Shown here one piece after another: positions 25,269 through 39,404 of a DNA stretch of 64,000 bases. Numbering within the stretch: position 1 is the stretch's first letter; every line of letters begins with the position of its first letter. A program made the position numbers and the translations under genes. Source of the stretch: Squalus acanthias (Eukaryota); assembly GCA_030390025.1 (NCBI GenBank), contig CM059426.1, positions 114,886,001-114,950,000 on the forward strand, given 5' to 3'. The notes under the pieces were generated by a model. It did no database searches. It was given only the letters and a program-made list of their open reading frames with translations, and was not told where the DNA came from.

Positions 25269-27700
25269 GGGAGAAATTGGGCTCTGTAGTGCCCGTTTTT
25301 AGGCACTAATTGGCCTCCTAGTACTCAAAAATGGTGTTCAAGAAGTGTGTGCACACTTGGTATAACGACTGCCGGCAGATTATGACGTCAATCAGTTAAC
25401 AATGCTAATTTGACACCAGCGCTGCCACGCTCCAGCCTGTGCCCTCTCTTAACCTCGCACAGCTGAACATGACGTTAAATGGCATGAAGGTCGCCCTATC
25501 AGTGCTATTTAAAGGGATCATGAACTACTTACAGGTTAGTTGCTGGATTATTTCTTCTGACTTTTGGTACAATTGTACATGTTTTTGGAGCTTTCCTGTA
25601 CTTGTCTAAAGTTTCAATAGTTTACAGGGAGCGGTCTGGTTGGTGCTGAAATACTTACTTGGTGATTTAAAGGCTTGTGCTGAAACAAGTTGCTTCCAGA
25701 CATGAGTGGCCTGGTAGGCCTTCCTCTTGGCATTTCACAGTTTGCTGTATAAGGGAAGTCACTGAGGCTCTCTATACAAAGAGAGACAGCTTCAACTCAT
25801 TCCCTCTTGCCAGAGACAAGCAGGTGGAGCAAGCACGAGGGTTTGCATGGATTGCAGGTTTCCCCATGGTGCAGGGTGCCATTGACTGCAAGCACATTGC
25901 ATTGCGTGCGCCTCATGTGAACTTTGCCATTTTCCTGAACCGAAAGGGATTCTACTCCCTCAATGTACAGCTGGTGTGCGACCACAGGCAGCACACATGC
26001 AGGTGAATGCCCGTTTTGCTGTCAGTAGTCAAGTGTCAGCCATGGCTCAATTGGTAGCACTGAGCCAGAAGGTTGTGGTACTGGGGTGTCAGCCTAGATT
26101 TTTGTGTTCCAGAGACTTGAGCACAAAAATCTAGGCTGACACTCCAGTGCAGTACTGAGGGAGTGCTGCACTGTTGGAGCTGCCATCTTTTGGATGAGAC
26201 GTTAAACCGAGGCCCCGTCTGCTCTCTCAGGTGGATGTAAAAGATTCCATGGCACTATTTCAAAGAAAAGCAGGGGAGTTATCCCCGGTGCCCTGGCCAA
26301 TATTTATCCCTCAATCAACATCACTAAAACAAAGTATCTGGTCATTATCACATTGCTGTGCATGGGAGCTTGCTGTGCACAAATTGGCTGCCACGTTTCC
26401 TACATTACAACAGTGACTACACTTCAAAAAGTACTTAATTGGCTGTAAAGCGTTTTGGGATGTACGGTGGTCATGAAAGGCGCTATATAAATGCAAGTCT
26501 TTTCTTTTTAGCCATGATTCCTTCATTCTGTGGCAGTCCTCTGTGCCAGCTATATTTGACCCACCACGGCAAGTCAAAAGCTGACGACTGGGTGACAAGG
26601 GTTATCCACTCATGACATGGCTCATGACTGTGTTCCGGAACCCATGCACACGTGTACAGCAGGCCTACAATGAGAGCCATGCTGCCACAAGAAACATTTC
26701 TGTCCGGGCTCTACATGATCAAATAATTCATGAGCGATATCAGTAACCTCAAGCACAGCTCCCCATTCACCAACAGTCCCACACTCCTTACCTTTCCTCT
26801 AATACTGACCATCACATCATCACCTTTCCGACAACACCAAAAAAAAGCACATTCCAATCCAAATTTATAATTTAAATCATGACATAATGCTTACAAAAAT
26901 AAACTAATCACCTTTGTGCATTCCCTTAGTGCTTCTTCCGTGTGCCTTTGCCTCTCCTAGTGCTCCTATGAGGTGCTTCCCCAATGGCTGCAGCATGGGT
27001 GGTGAAAGGCTGCTGACCTTCTGTTGAGGAGACTGCAGATGGCCTTGGAGGATGACCTCGAGCAGCTCTGGGCCTAGAAGGCCAGGCTTCAGGCTGCACC
27101 ATCTCGGCCTTGGCTGCAGCAGTCTGGGGTGGCTGGCTGACAGGCAACAGCAAGGGCACTGGCAGAGTGGCAGGGGCGGGAGCAGGAATGCTGTCATCCT
27201 GAGATAGGACAGCAGGTTTGTGCTCCATGGAGCCACTGCTACTCTCCCGAGGCGGCGCATCAGCAATCCTAGTAATCTGTTGGAGGACAAATTGTTGGAC
27301 TGCTGTGATGCCCTGGAAGTCCCTTTCAACACTGGAATCTAGAGCTATGGTGGCAGCAGTCTGAGCTTGCATTTTAGCAGTCTGAGCTTCCACTGCAGCA
27401 CTCACTGCTTGTGCTCCAATGGAAGCTGAAACATCGGCCATCAGACGCTGCATCATGCTGGGTTCCATAGGTATGCTGATGGAGGTGACCACCAGTTCCA
27501 TGTTGGAAAGGATGGGCTTCAAGCTCTGCACAAATACTTGTGCCAAGTTGGTGCTGAACTGCTCCATGCTCCTTGACATTGAACACAGGCACAAAGCATT
27601 TGGGGGTGCACCCATCAGCCTTCTTCTATAGCCTGGTCCATCGAAGTCCTCATCTGAATCATCTGCAGCAGAACTAGTGTGCGACCTCGTCCTCTGGTGT
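25269..27700. mobile_element. Degenerate PIF/Harbinger transposon (transposase on +, Myb-like on -) with nested DeuSINE at 26033-26508
   Basis: IAGFPMVQGAIDCKHIALRAP..FLNRKGFYSLNVQLVCDH is the HARBI1 DDE region. The convergent ORF 26926-27615 resembles the accessory-protein C-terminus also seen at 32.9-34.8 kb. Confidence 0.85.
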
Positions 27701-27929
27701 CTATAGTCGTGCTTTAAACTGGGGGTCTAAGTGATCACCAAATATTTTAATGAAGCATTACCAATATATTCTAAGGTATGCTATGTACAATCATTTATAC
27801 AAATCCTGATGTCAGTAACAGTTTTCAATGAGCATAAAAAAAATACAATTTTTTGGAATTAACAACATGGAGAGGGAGAATAAATATTTCTCACTTTGCT
27901 GTGGTGCTTCTAACTCCTTAATCTCAGAT

Positions 27930-29060
27930 TAAATTCATGTCTATCTAATCGTAGCCAGAGAGCCACCTGCAAAGGTTTCTCTTCCCACTCCTGCATTGTT
28001 ACCTCTGGTGTCCCCCAAGGATCTATCCTTGGCCCCCTCCTATTTATCATCTACATGCTGCCCCTTGGCGTCAGCATCTGAAAACACAGTGTCAGTTTCC
28101 ACATGTACGCTGACGACACCCAGCTCTACCTCATCACCACTTCTCCCAACCCCTCCACGGTCTCTAAATTGTCAGACTGCTTGTCCGAGATCCAGTACTG
28201 GATGAGCAGAAATTTTCTCCAATTGAATATTGGGAAGACCGAAGCCATTGTCTTTGGTCCCCACCACAAACTCCGTTCGCGAGCCACCGACTCATCCCTC
28301 TCCCTAGCATCTGTCTGAGGCTGAACCAGACTGTTCACAACCTTGGTGTCATATTTGACCCTGAAATGAGCTTCCGACCACACATCTGCACCATAACTAA
28401 GCCCGCCTATTTCCACCTCCATATCACTGCCCGTCTCTGCCCCTGCCTCAGCTCATCTGCTGCTGAAACCCTCATCCATGCCTTTGTTACCTCTAGACTT
28501 AACTATTCCAACGCACTCCTGGCTGGCCTCCCATGTTCTACCCTACGTAAACTTGAGGTCATCCAAAATTCGACTGCCCGTATCTTAACTCACACCAAGT
28601 CCCGTTCACTCATCACCCCTGTGCTCGCTAACCGACATTGGCTCTTGGTTAAGCAACGCCTCAATTTTAAAATTCACATCCTTGTTTTCAAATCTCTCCA
28701 TGGCCTCGCCCCTCCCTATCTCTGTAATCTCCTCCAGTCCCACAACCTCCCGAGATATCTGCGCTCCTCTAATTCTGGCCTCTTGACCATCCCTGATTTT
28801 AATCACTCCATCTTTGGTGGCCATGCCTTCAGCTGCCTAGGCCCTAAGCTCTGGAATTCCCTCCCTAAACCTCTCCGCTTCTCTTTCCTCCTTTTAAGAC
28901 GTTCCTTAAAACCTACCTCTTTGATCAAGCTTTTGGTCAACTGTCCTAATTTCTCCTTATGTGATCGGTGTCAAATTTTGTTTTATTACGCTCCTGTGAA
29001 GCGCCTTGGGACGTTTTACTATGTTAAAGATGCTATATAAATATAAGTTGTTGTTGTTGT
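27930..29060 (+). mobile_element. L2 LINE 3' portion
   Basis: GVPQGSILGP, YADDTQLY, LIHAFVTSRLNYSN; (TTG)n tail. Confidence 0.9.
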
Positions 29061-30749
29061 AAATGCTCCCTAAAATAGATATTGAACATTTACACAGATG
29101 TTGGTCAGTAGTCAACATGTAGATCTAACGTTCTGTCTGTACCACCAAGTTCTGGCAAACAGAGATCTCAAATTTCTGCCACAAACATGTAAAAAATATC
29201 CCAAATCAATTGTGTTTGAAATGTGATTTTGGGTGAGTAAAGCTAAATTTTAAACCTAAAATGTATTTGATTGTACTGCGTTTTATATACAACACCCCCT
29301 CCCCCCCAACCCCCGTAGCATGAGAGGAAGCCATTGAGTAAGATATAATTGTTAAAGTTTGATCTTCAGAATGAATAGTGTTTACAAACCAATTGAATGG
29401 GATTTGGATCAAAGCCAACTTACCACAGACAGCTGCATTACGTCTTGGGTTGCCTTTACCTGTAAGATGCAGGCTATTGAGAAAAAACATCTTCAAGCTG
29501 TCGTTTCTACTTTGACACAGGAAGTGTGTAGCAGAAAGCTGCACACTTCCTGATTCATTTTGCATTATATACACTTTAGAAACTCCTCCTCCAACTATCT
29601 GTAAACACAATCTAGGTTAACCAATCGTAAAGCAAAGAGATAGGCCAATTAAACAGAATATCTTTGAGTTACTCAGCAATTATGACCAATGACACAAGAG
29701 CAAAAGCACTACAATGGTTTAATCAACCCTCTGAGATAAGCAACTCTTAAAAGAATTAGTTTAGTCATCACAAACTTATAATACCTCATAGGATATTTAT
29801 TAATTCTATCAGTTTACACCTCTAGTCAATTTTTAATTTTTTTTAATCTCTCCTTACCCTTCCTCTCTTAAAAACAGCAACCTGCAAGATCATTATCATT
29901 CCTGTAGCTACTAAATTATTCAATATTATTTGTCAAGAACCACACTGTGGAAATGTTGCAGTATAATATCTTTATTAATAGCCAGTCTGTAAACAGGTGT
30001 CAATCACCCAGCTGCACAATACAGTAACAGGCCAAGCTCTCAGAATACGATAGTGCAGTTTATTTTCAAAACATATCATGCACTCTTAGGGGTTGATTTC
30101 AAACTTTTAAAATCAGCGTTAATGGGGTTAATGGCCTCAAAATTAGGTCTGTAGACTTACCACTCCATTAATGCCCCTCCGGGCCCACAGAAATAATCTG
30201 GGTCGCTGCCACCAGGGGCACCTCCCCCTCCACAATTGCACCCACCCCTCAGGCTTACCTTGCTGCCAACCTGACAGCTTCCAGGCTGCCCAATATTAGA
30301 CCGGCTGTATCGGGACTTCTAATTGGCGCACACAGCTTGCCGATTTTATTTAAACAAGACCAGGGCCTCATGGGTGGGCTGCTGGCGTGCTCTGCCAGTT
30401 GGCTGCCCAATAGTTAAAATTGACCCCTTACTCTTTACTAAGTTATAGATAGTTCAGCAACCCTCTACCTGGACCTGCAGGTTTAACGTAACACGGACTG
30501 TCCTGACTGTCTGATGTTCCTCCTAATATTTTTTGGGTGCGCGGCCCCTTCGAAATTTCACATTTGAAAAGCTGGTCTCGGGCTGCGTGAGACCGACCGA
30601 CAGACAGCGGCTATGCAGCTTAGCGGGAACGTTGCTGACCACTCCCTTTTATTTGCATCTTTCTTGTTCCGGTGGGGGTAGTAAAGCAGCCTCCTTAATT
30701 CCAACTTTAGGTTTCTCTCTGCTGCTTCTCACACAGAGCTGGGCTTCAT

Positions 30750-31150
30750 AGAATCATAGAACCATAGAATAAAACAGCCCAGAAAGAGGCCATTAGGCCC
30801 CTCATGCCTGTGCCGGTTCTTTGAAAGAGCTGTCCAATTTATCTCACTCACCTGTACTTTCCCTATGGCCCTGCAAACATTTCCTTTTCAGGTATTTATC
30901 CAATTCCCTTTTGATAGTTACTACTGACTCTGCTTCCATCATCCTTTCAGGCTGTGCGTTCCAGATCACAACAACTTATGGCATAAAAAAATTCTCATCA
31001 CCCCTCCCACCACCCCTGATTCTTTTGCCGTTTATCTTAAATCCGTGTCTTCTGGTTACCGACCCTCCTGAGTTGGAAACAGTTTCTCCTTACTTACTCT
31101 ATCAAAACTTCTCCGAATTTTAAGGCTTCTCTGAACCTCCGCTGTACTAA
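30750..31150 (-). mobile_element. CR1 LINE 3' fragment
   Basis: catagaatcatagaa tail and CR1 3' UTR similarity. Confidence 0.65.
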
Positions 31151-31764
31151 GGGCTCAGGCTCTACGCCGCACTTCTATCCTGCATTTAGGTTCTTTGCGA
31201 GTATTGTTTCTCCTGTATTGAGGGCTCTCAGAAAGCACTCCTGTTCTTTCCAAGCCTGTTGATTCCTGCACTCAGGGCTTTCTTGATGCAGGTCTCAGTT
31301 TTAAACTGCTCTCAGTCTCACTCTTGATCCTGAGCTCTCATTATCTCACTCCCTTCACTTACTCTCAGCGGGCCTCGCTGTCCACCAGTCTAGTTTTAAC
31401 ACTGCTTTAAACCCCCGAGCTTCCTGCTGTCCTCTCACTATTATCCTGGCTCTGGGGTACACTTGCTTTCTCTGTTCTCAGCTTTTGTGTTTCCTCTTGC
31501 TTTGCTACCGACCTTTTCCGGTCTTCTTTTCTGCACTCACATTCCTGATCTTGTTTTTCTGTGGTTTTTTTTAATTCGTATTTGGGATGTGGGCGTTGCT
31601 GGTAAGGCCAGCATTTATTGCCCATCCCTTGAGAAGGCATTACACAAAAAACATGCAGTAATTGGCTCCCACACTGCTCAGTCTTCCCAGAGTCTGCTCT
31701 CACACTTCTGGTTATTTTCACCATCAGCATTTTTTGCTGCTTGACTTTCCCAACGCTTTGAAAA

Positions 31765-32012
31765 AACAACAACAGCTTGTATTTATATAGTAAAACATCC
31801 CAAGGTGCTTCATAGGAATGTAACCAGACAACAATTGTCACTGAGCCAAAGAAGGAGATATTAGGACAGGTGATACTTGGTCAAAGAGGTTGGTTTTAAC
31901 AAGCATCATAAAGGACGGGAGAGCTTTAGGGAGGCGAAGAGGTTTGGGGAGGGAATTCCAGATCTTAGGGCCGAGAGGGCTGAAGGCACGGCTGCCAATG
32001 GTGGGGCGAAGG
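31765..32012 (-). mobile_element. L2 LINE 3' fragment
   Basis: IGSRAFSPLGPKIWNSLPKPLR; homologous to 28800-29060. Confidence 0.75.
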
Positions 32013-35000
32013 AAGTGGCAGGAGGCCCTCGCCACAAGTCTTCCGCACCTTGTGGAGGGAGGTTCCCCAGGACCCACACACAGTGCAGGAGGAAATTGAG
32101 CGACCTCACTCGGGTGGTCAGGGTGAGTCAATGCCTCAACAAATGCTACATACCACCATCTGAGCCTCAGTCTGCACACACTCGCCAAAGCACCATACCC
32201 CCAGCACTCACCCACCAACAATCTCTACCCACCAACATTCACACCCATATCTCACATCTTGCACACAATGACAGCTATTCAACTATGGCAGATATATCAC
32301 CCAAACACATTGCTCCACACTCACTCACACACATTCCTTTCTCTTGCAGGCCAAGGTGGCTCACAACAGGAGGGAGCAGGAGCGCACAGGCGATGGAGAA
32401 GCCGACACCCAACCACTGTCTGCGCTGGAGAATCGAGTGCTGCAGATTATTGGGCGCCAGGTGGTGGGCGCCATGGGCGCCATGGCCACCGGCGACGTTG
32501 ATCCCCTTGGGGACAACAACGGTATGTTCATCCCTAATCCTTCTTCTCACTTCCCTCTTCCCCCTCACCCCACAAACCTTTCACACTTTCCAGCTAAAAA
32601 TGCTGTATGCATGCATTTGTCCCTTCCTGCCTCCCTCCCCTCATATTAACCTGACTATTGTGCCTTTATGCTTTCAGATAATCAGCAAGCAGCTGAGCAG
32701 CTTGTCCCTGAGGGCACTGTTGAGAGTGAGGCGGGAGAAGAGGAGGAGGATGAAGACACCGCGTCACTGCATGTCTCACCCGCAGGCACCAGCTCAGATA
32801 CTGGCACTATGCGTTCTTTAGAGGCTAGTAATGTAGCGGGATCTTCACAGAGTGATGCACTGGGAATGAGCGGGCTGCAGCAAGGCTGGGAGAAAGGGTA
32901 GCTTGGGGCCAGCTCCCCGGAGGTCGAGTTCGTGCGCGAGTTCTGCTGCACAGGACTCAGATGAAGACCTCGATGGGGAGGCCTTTAGAAGAAGGGTGAT
33001 GGGCATACACACGGAGATGATAGGTGCAATGGCAAGGGTGCCCGAGAGCCTGGCAATGGTAAGGTGCGTGGAGGAGTCAGCCTCCAACATTGCACAAGGC
33101 TCTGTGCACACCATGGAGCCCATCATTTCCAGTCTGCAAAGGCTGGTAGACTCCCAGAGAGACCGTGGCGACCCAGACCTGATGCCGAGTGTGATGGGTG
33201 ATCTGGCAGCTTCCATTGCAGCACAGGTGGAAGCGATGCAACGTCTTAGTGCTGTAATGCAGTCTATGGTTGGTGCTATTTAATCTCAGACTGCTCTCAT
33301 GCAGTCTTAGCTTGATGCAGGGTTCGGTCCTTGGACCCCAGCTATTCACAATATACTCACAATATACATTAATGATCTGGATAAGGGAACTAAATGTAAT
33401 ATCTCCAAGTTTGCAGATGACACAAAGCTGGGTGGGCGTGTGTGCTCCGAGGAGGATACTGAGAAACTCCAGCATGATTTGGACAGGTTGGGTGAGTGGG
33501 CAGAAGTGTGGCAGATGCAATATAATGTGGATAAATGCGAGGTTATCCACTTTGGTGTCAAAAACAGAAAGGCAGACTATTATCTGAATGGCAATAGATT
33601 GGGAGAAGGGGAAGTGCAACGAGACCTGGGTGTCCTTGTGCACCAGTCGCTGAAGGTAAGCATGCAGGTGCAGCAGGCGGTGAAGAAGGCAAATGGTATG
33701 TTGGCCTTCATAGCGAAAGGGTTTGAGTATAGGAACAGGGATGTCCTGCTGCAGTTGTACAGGGCCTTGGTGAGACCACACCTTGAGTATTGTGTGCAGT
33801 TTTAGTCGCCTTATCTGAGGAAGGATGTTCTTGCCATGGAAGGAGTTCAGCGAAGATTCACAAGGCTGATACCTGGGATGGCAGGAATGACATATGAGGA
33901 GAGATTGGGTCGATTGGGCTTATACTCGCTGGAGTATAGAAGAATGAGAGGGGATCTCATCGAAACATATAAAATTCTGACATGTCTGGACAAACTAGAT
34001 GCAGGAAGAATGTTCCCGATGGTCGGAGAGTCCAGAACCAGGGGTCATAATCTAAGGATAAGGGGTAAGCCATTTAGGACAGAAATGAGGAAGAATTTCT
34101 TCACCCAGAGAGTGGTGAACCTGTGGAATTCTCTACCACAGAAGATAGTTGAGGCCAAGTCATTAAATATATTCAAGAATGAGTTAGATATATTTCTTAA
34201 AGCTAAAGGTATTAAGGGATATGGGGAGAAGGCAGGTACAGGGTACTGAGTTTGGATGATCAGCCATGATCTCATCGAATGGCGGAGCAGGCTCGAGGGG
34301 CCGAATGGCCTACTCCTGCTCCTATCTTCTATGTTTCTATGTTTCTATGCCACGCAAGCTCTGACTGCTGCCATCGTGGCTGGGTCTACCACTGTCGACC
34401 GGGGCTTTCACCGTGTTGCAGCAGGCCAGCAATCTGTGCCGCAACAGATTGCTAAGGATGCTGAGGTTCTGCCCCGGGGGAGTGGCAGTGGGTCAGTGGA
34501 GCAGGAACTGCTGTCCTCTCTCAGGATGACAGCATTCCTGCTCCCACCGCCGGCACTCCACCATTGCCCTTGTTGCTGCCTGTCATCCAGCCAGCCCAGA
34601 CTGTTGCCGTCTATGCTGAGGTGGTGCAGTCTACAGCCGGGCCTTCCAGGCCCAGAGCTAGTCGACGGCCCAGAGCTGCAAGGCCATCTGAAGTCTCCCG
34701 CCTGGACACTCAGCAGCCTTCTACCAACCCTGCTGCAGCCACTGGACCAACAGTTCGTAGGAGCACTAGAGTAGGCAAAGGCACAGGAATGAGAGGCACT
34801 AAGGGATTGCACAAGGGTGAATAGTTAATATTGTTGTTGTAAATACGTGTTCACTGATTATTGATAAATTTATTAATTCAGTTTGGATAATTTTGTACTG
34901 TCTCTCATTTCAGCTTTGCGATGTGAAATGGCCTGCAACAGGGATGGAATGATGGGGATGTGGTGAGCAATGGTGATCTGGGGTTTAATTTATTGGAACC

Positions 35001-35230
35001 GCAGTCTGATGAGATGATCACGGATCCCTTTTCCGGAAGGCCGATTGAGTGGCTGCCTCCTCTCTCGCTCCTGTTCCTCCTCCTCCTCGTCTTTCTCTTC
35101 CTCATTGTCCTCCTCCTCTCCCTCTTCCTCCTCCTGAGGTAGTCCCGCAATCCCTGGTGACAAGGGCTGGACCCTCATGATGGCCAAATTGTGGAGCATG
35201 TAGCAGACGACGACGAAATGGGACACCCGC
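32013..35230. mobile_element. Degenerate Harbinger (Myb-like on +, transposase C-terminus on -) interrupted by a CR1
   Basis: RTHTQCRRKLSDL, MQAKVAHNRREQERTG; minus strand VVVCYMLHNLAIMR followed by an acidic tract. Confidence 0.8.
33317..34348 (+). mobile_element. CR1/HER1-like LINE 3' 1 kb
   Basis: QGSVLGPQLFTIY, KFADDTK, LVRPHLEYCVQF; (CTATGTTT)n tail. Confidence 0.92.
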
Positions 35231-35892
35231 TCTTGTAAGATTCATGAGTTAATGAAGCTCATAACCACAGTGCAGTGTGAACAGTTACTTGTACAGCTAC
35301 TAACTTTAGAGGGTGAACCATTTATTAGTATCCAACAAAGAAAAGGGATAGTGACTGGTATCTTACCTTGCCTGCCCTTGTATTGTCATTGACCTTATTC
35401 CAGCACTGCTGCACTGTTCTAGGGGTGAAAAAAGTGGCACTGCAACTCCCTCCACACGGTACTCTTCTAAGGTTTCCTCCCATGGGCACCCAGCAGTCTC
35501 TATCTTTTTCTGCATTATGCTCAGGCGTGTCTGTAGGCGAGTCTCAGGAAAATGCTATGCTCTTATTTTCTACCTCCTTCCAAGGCTCTGCTCCCTTTTC
35601 CCCGTGCGCTTCTGGGAGATGCGAAGTGGGCATCCTCATCATCTATTTACTCCTTCCTCTCTCTCACTTTTTCAAGCAGTGCTCCTGGGACCTGGTCATC
35701 AAAGCAGGATTTCTTTTGCCTCCCAAAGCTCCATTATGCAGGAAAATCATTCATTAAAAAGCTGGACTGGGCTCTAATGCGGTAGTTCATGTATTTACAC
35801 AACTGCTGAACACTGTTAATAATTGATCTATATGCTCCAATGGCTATCACGTTGTATGTTTCTTGTAGTGTACACCACTTCGTAGGCAAGTG

Positions 35893-36322
35893 AAACAATA
35901 ACAACAACTTGTATTGATATAGCACCTTTAACATAGTAAAACGTCCCAAGGCTCTTCAGATGAGTGTTACCAAACAAAATTTGACACCAAGCCACATAAG
36001 GAGAAATTCGGGCAGGTGACCAAAACCTTGGTCAAAGAGGTAGGTTTTAAGGAGCATCTTAAAGGATGAAAGAGAGGTGGAGAGGCTTAGGAAGAGAATT
36101 CCAGAGCTTAGGGCCTTGGCAGCTGAAAGCACGGCCACCAATGGTAGAGCGATTAAAATCAGGGATGCACAAAAGGCCAGAATTAGAGGAGCGCAGAGAT
36201 CTTGGAAGTTTGTAGGGCTGGAGGAGATTACATAGATAGGGAGGAGCGAGGTCATGGAAGGGTTTGAAAACAAGGATGAGAATTTAAAATCGAGGCGTTG
36301 CTTAACTGTGAGTCAATGTAGG
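35893..36322 (-). mobile_element. L2 LINE 3' fragment
   Basis: Reverse-complement homology to 28640-29060. Confidence 0.85.
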
Positions 36323-37249
36323 CCAAAATCGTAGGATCATAATCATGCTTAACCATGTTGGGAAGATTTGAACAATGTTTGGCTCATCCTTTCTTAGCAC
36401 ATAAATGTAAAGTTCAACTTCATGAAATCACCCAAATCCCTGAGATGTGTTCTGGGAAGTGAGCCCTTACAGAACTTGTGGCCATGGATTTTTGTAGTTT
36501 TGCTCTCTAATTTTTAGTCTACTGCCTTGAAAAGGAACTGTTTGTCAATAGAATTTACAATTGTGGAAGGAGTAGAATTTATGAATTAAATATTGTTTCC
36601 ATTGAAAATTTCAATGTATTGCTGAACAAATTGTCTTTCCAAATATGGGGAAGAAAGTGTTTATTTGATTTTTGAACTCTAAATTGGCAGTTTACACAAT
36701 TTATGAATAAATGTAACCGTTACAACTTTTAGGGGTGGGGGGAGAAGCAGCATACTGCAGAGATGCTGTAAATCTGAAATAAAAACCTGGAAACAGCAGG
36801 CCAGGCAATATCTCCCCACAGATGCGACCTGACATGCTGAGCGTTTCCAGCATTATCTGTTTTTGTTACAGATTCAGGTCTGCCATAGATGCCTTCTTGG
36901 GTTCAGTGGTGCTAGTCATTCCTGGAAGTGGTCTCAGTATCTTAATTTTATGGGTATTGACTCATAATGCCCTACATCTACGTTGAAATAGCAGTAACCG
37001 AGGGTGCAACAACAAATCCCTCTTTTGCTGAGGACACAAAAGTAGGAGGTTTGACAAACAATGACAAGGGTTTTAAAAGACTTTAGGAGGACAAAGCAGG
37101 TTAACGGAGAAGTTGACAGAAGTTAATTGAATGCCTTCTGGAGAGGGGTGGAAGAAAACAACTGGTGGAGGAAGGGCTTTTTTTAAGTTCTATTTTTAAG
37201 CTTACATTTTGTTAAGGGCTAGAGACTAATATATATATATAATCAGTGA

Positions 37250-38432
37250 TCATTCATGGGATGTGGGCGTCGCTGGGAAGGCCAGCATTTGTTGCGCATC
37301 CCTAATTGCCCTTGAGGAGGTGGTGGTGAGCCGCCTTCTTGAACCGCTGCAGTCCGTGTGGTGAAGGTACTCCCACAGTGCTGTTAGGGAGGGAGTTCCA
37401 GGATTTTGATCCAGCAACGATGAAGGAACGGCGTTATACTTCTAAATCAGGATGGTGTGTGACTTGGAGGGGAACTTGGAGGTGGTGGTGTTCCCATGCG
37501 CCTGCTGCCCTTGTCCTTCTAGGTGGTAGAGGTCGCGGGTTTGGGAGGTGCTGTCGAAGAAGTCTTGGCGAGTTGCTGCAGTGCATCTTGTAGATGGTAC
37601 ACACTGCAGCCAATGTGCGCTGGTGGTGGAGGGAGTGAATGTTTAAGGTGGTGGATGGGGTGCCAATCAAGCGGGCTGCTTTGTCCTCGATGGTGTCGAG
37701 CTTCTTGAATGTTATTGGAGCTGCACTCATCCAGGCAAGTGGAGAGTATTCCATCAAACCCCTGACTTGTGCCTTGTAGATGGTGGAAAGACTTTGGGGA
37801 GTCAGGTGGTGAGTCACTCGCTGCGGAATACCCAGCCTATGACCTGCTCTTGTAGCCACAGTATCTATGTGGCTTGTCCAGTTAAATTTCTGGCCAATGG
37901 TGACTCTCCAGGATGTTGACGGTGGGGAATTCGGTGATAGTAATGTCATTGAATGTCAAGGGCCAGTGGTTAGACTCTCGCTTGCTGGAGATAGTCATTG
38001 CCTGGCACTTGTGTGGCATGAATGTTACTTGCCACTTATCAGTCCAAGCCTGTATGTCGTCCAGGTCTGGGTGTATGTGAGCACGGACTGCTTCATTATC
38101 TGAGGAGTTGCGAATCAAACTGAACACTCTGCAATCATCAGCGAACATCCCCACTTCTGACCTTATGTTGGAGGGAAGGTCATTGATGAAGCAGCTGAAG
38201 ATGGTTGGGTCTAGGACACTGCCTTGAGGAACTCCTGCAGCGATGTCCTGGGGCTGAGATGATTGGCCTTCAACCATCACAACCACCTTCCTTTGTGCTC
38301 AATATGACTCCAACCAGTGGAGAGTTCCCACCTCCCACCCCGATTCCCATGGGCTTCAGTTTTACTAGGGCTCCTTAATGCCACACAGGGTCAAATGCTG
38401 CGTTGATGTCAGGGGCAGTCACTCTCACCTCA
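37250..38432 (-). mobile_element. CR1-clade LINE 3' portion
   Basis: GVPQGSVLDPTIFSCFINDLP..MFADDC; IYKAQVRGLMEYSPLAW. Confidence 0.9.
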
Positions 38433-38559
38433 CCGATTGCCGAATTCACCCTTAAATAAAATTCATTTTGATTTGAAAGGAAGTTGGCAATACATTCTTT
38501 TTTTTTTTACAGAATTTCGATAATGCTAAACAAACATGCACGATAGTTCAAATGCAATT

Positions 38560-38565
38560 TTTATT
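38560..38565 (-). promoter_or_regulatory. Candidate polyadenylation signal of gene B
   Basis: AATAAA on the minus strand about 110 nt after the stop codon. Confidence 0.55.
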
Positions 38566-38675
38566 TGCAATTACGTTAATGTAAAGCACAAGACAAATGA
38601 TTAATGTCAGCTCTCTGAGAAATTATGTGAAATGAGGCTGAGATGTTTATCGCATTAAACGGAATCATTTTCTGG

Positions 38676-38736
38676 CTAAACACAACTGCAGGCTGGATGG
38701 TCTGGAAAGTCCACGCATTGCAGGAGGCGAATAGTT
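38676..38736 (-). CDS. BST1: Gene B exon 8 (apparently terminal)
   Basis: tttctttcttacag|A ACT...TAG; TIRLLQCVDFPDHPACSCV*. Confidence 0.9.
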
Positions 38737-39404
38737 CTGTAAGAAAGAAAAAGTGAAAATACCTATTAGAAAATTCACTGACACGTGATTCCCGGATCGG
38801 GTGTTCCCAGTGAGGAGTGGTGTTTGCAGGGAGCGCAGGTTGAGAAATCTTGGCCGTGCAAACCTCGATTTGCCAAAAGGTGCAAAACTCGGACTGTGGG
38901 GCCACAATTTACCGAGCAGCGCTGCCTTCGAGTGCCGCTCCTCACCGGGATCTGGGAATTAGCTCATTCGTGCCTTACTCTCCATTCTAGTGGCTACATA
39001 ATGGAAACGACTACAGTGAATCTGGTGAAATAGAATTTCCCATTCTTTTAATCGAATTTTGTTCATTTTGTAGAAGAAAATTAGAAATTGGTATGTGATG
39101 CTAAAATTCAAACTAACTGAGTTCCAGACAAGCCTGGATTAGCCAATATTTGTGTTGTTTATGCCAGAAAAACTATTGTCAGGTTTTAAGACAGACTCAA
39201 ATGGGAGGTCCAACCAGTTCATGTCAGTGTTTACCCTCCACAGGAGAAAATATTCCTAATCACATTTACCCACCCTGTTCCCATATTCCTTCAACAGCTT
39301 TTTCCAATCGATTCTTGATTGTTGACATAGTTTCTGTCTCAACCACTAACCCTGGGAGTAAATTCCACAGCCTCACAGCTTTCTCCTTTCCTCTATTCTA
39401 AATC

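Noticed and set aside
25677-26006. Domesticated HARBI1 host gene
   Set aside because: Deleted, frameshifted and SINE-interrupted. It is a transposon relic.
31877-32821. 314-aa ORF, the longest in the window
   Set aside because: A chance fusion of antisense L2 and Harbinger exon and intron sequence.
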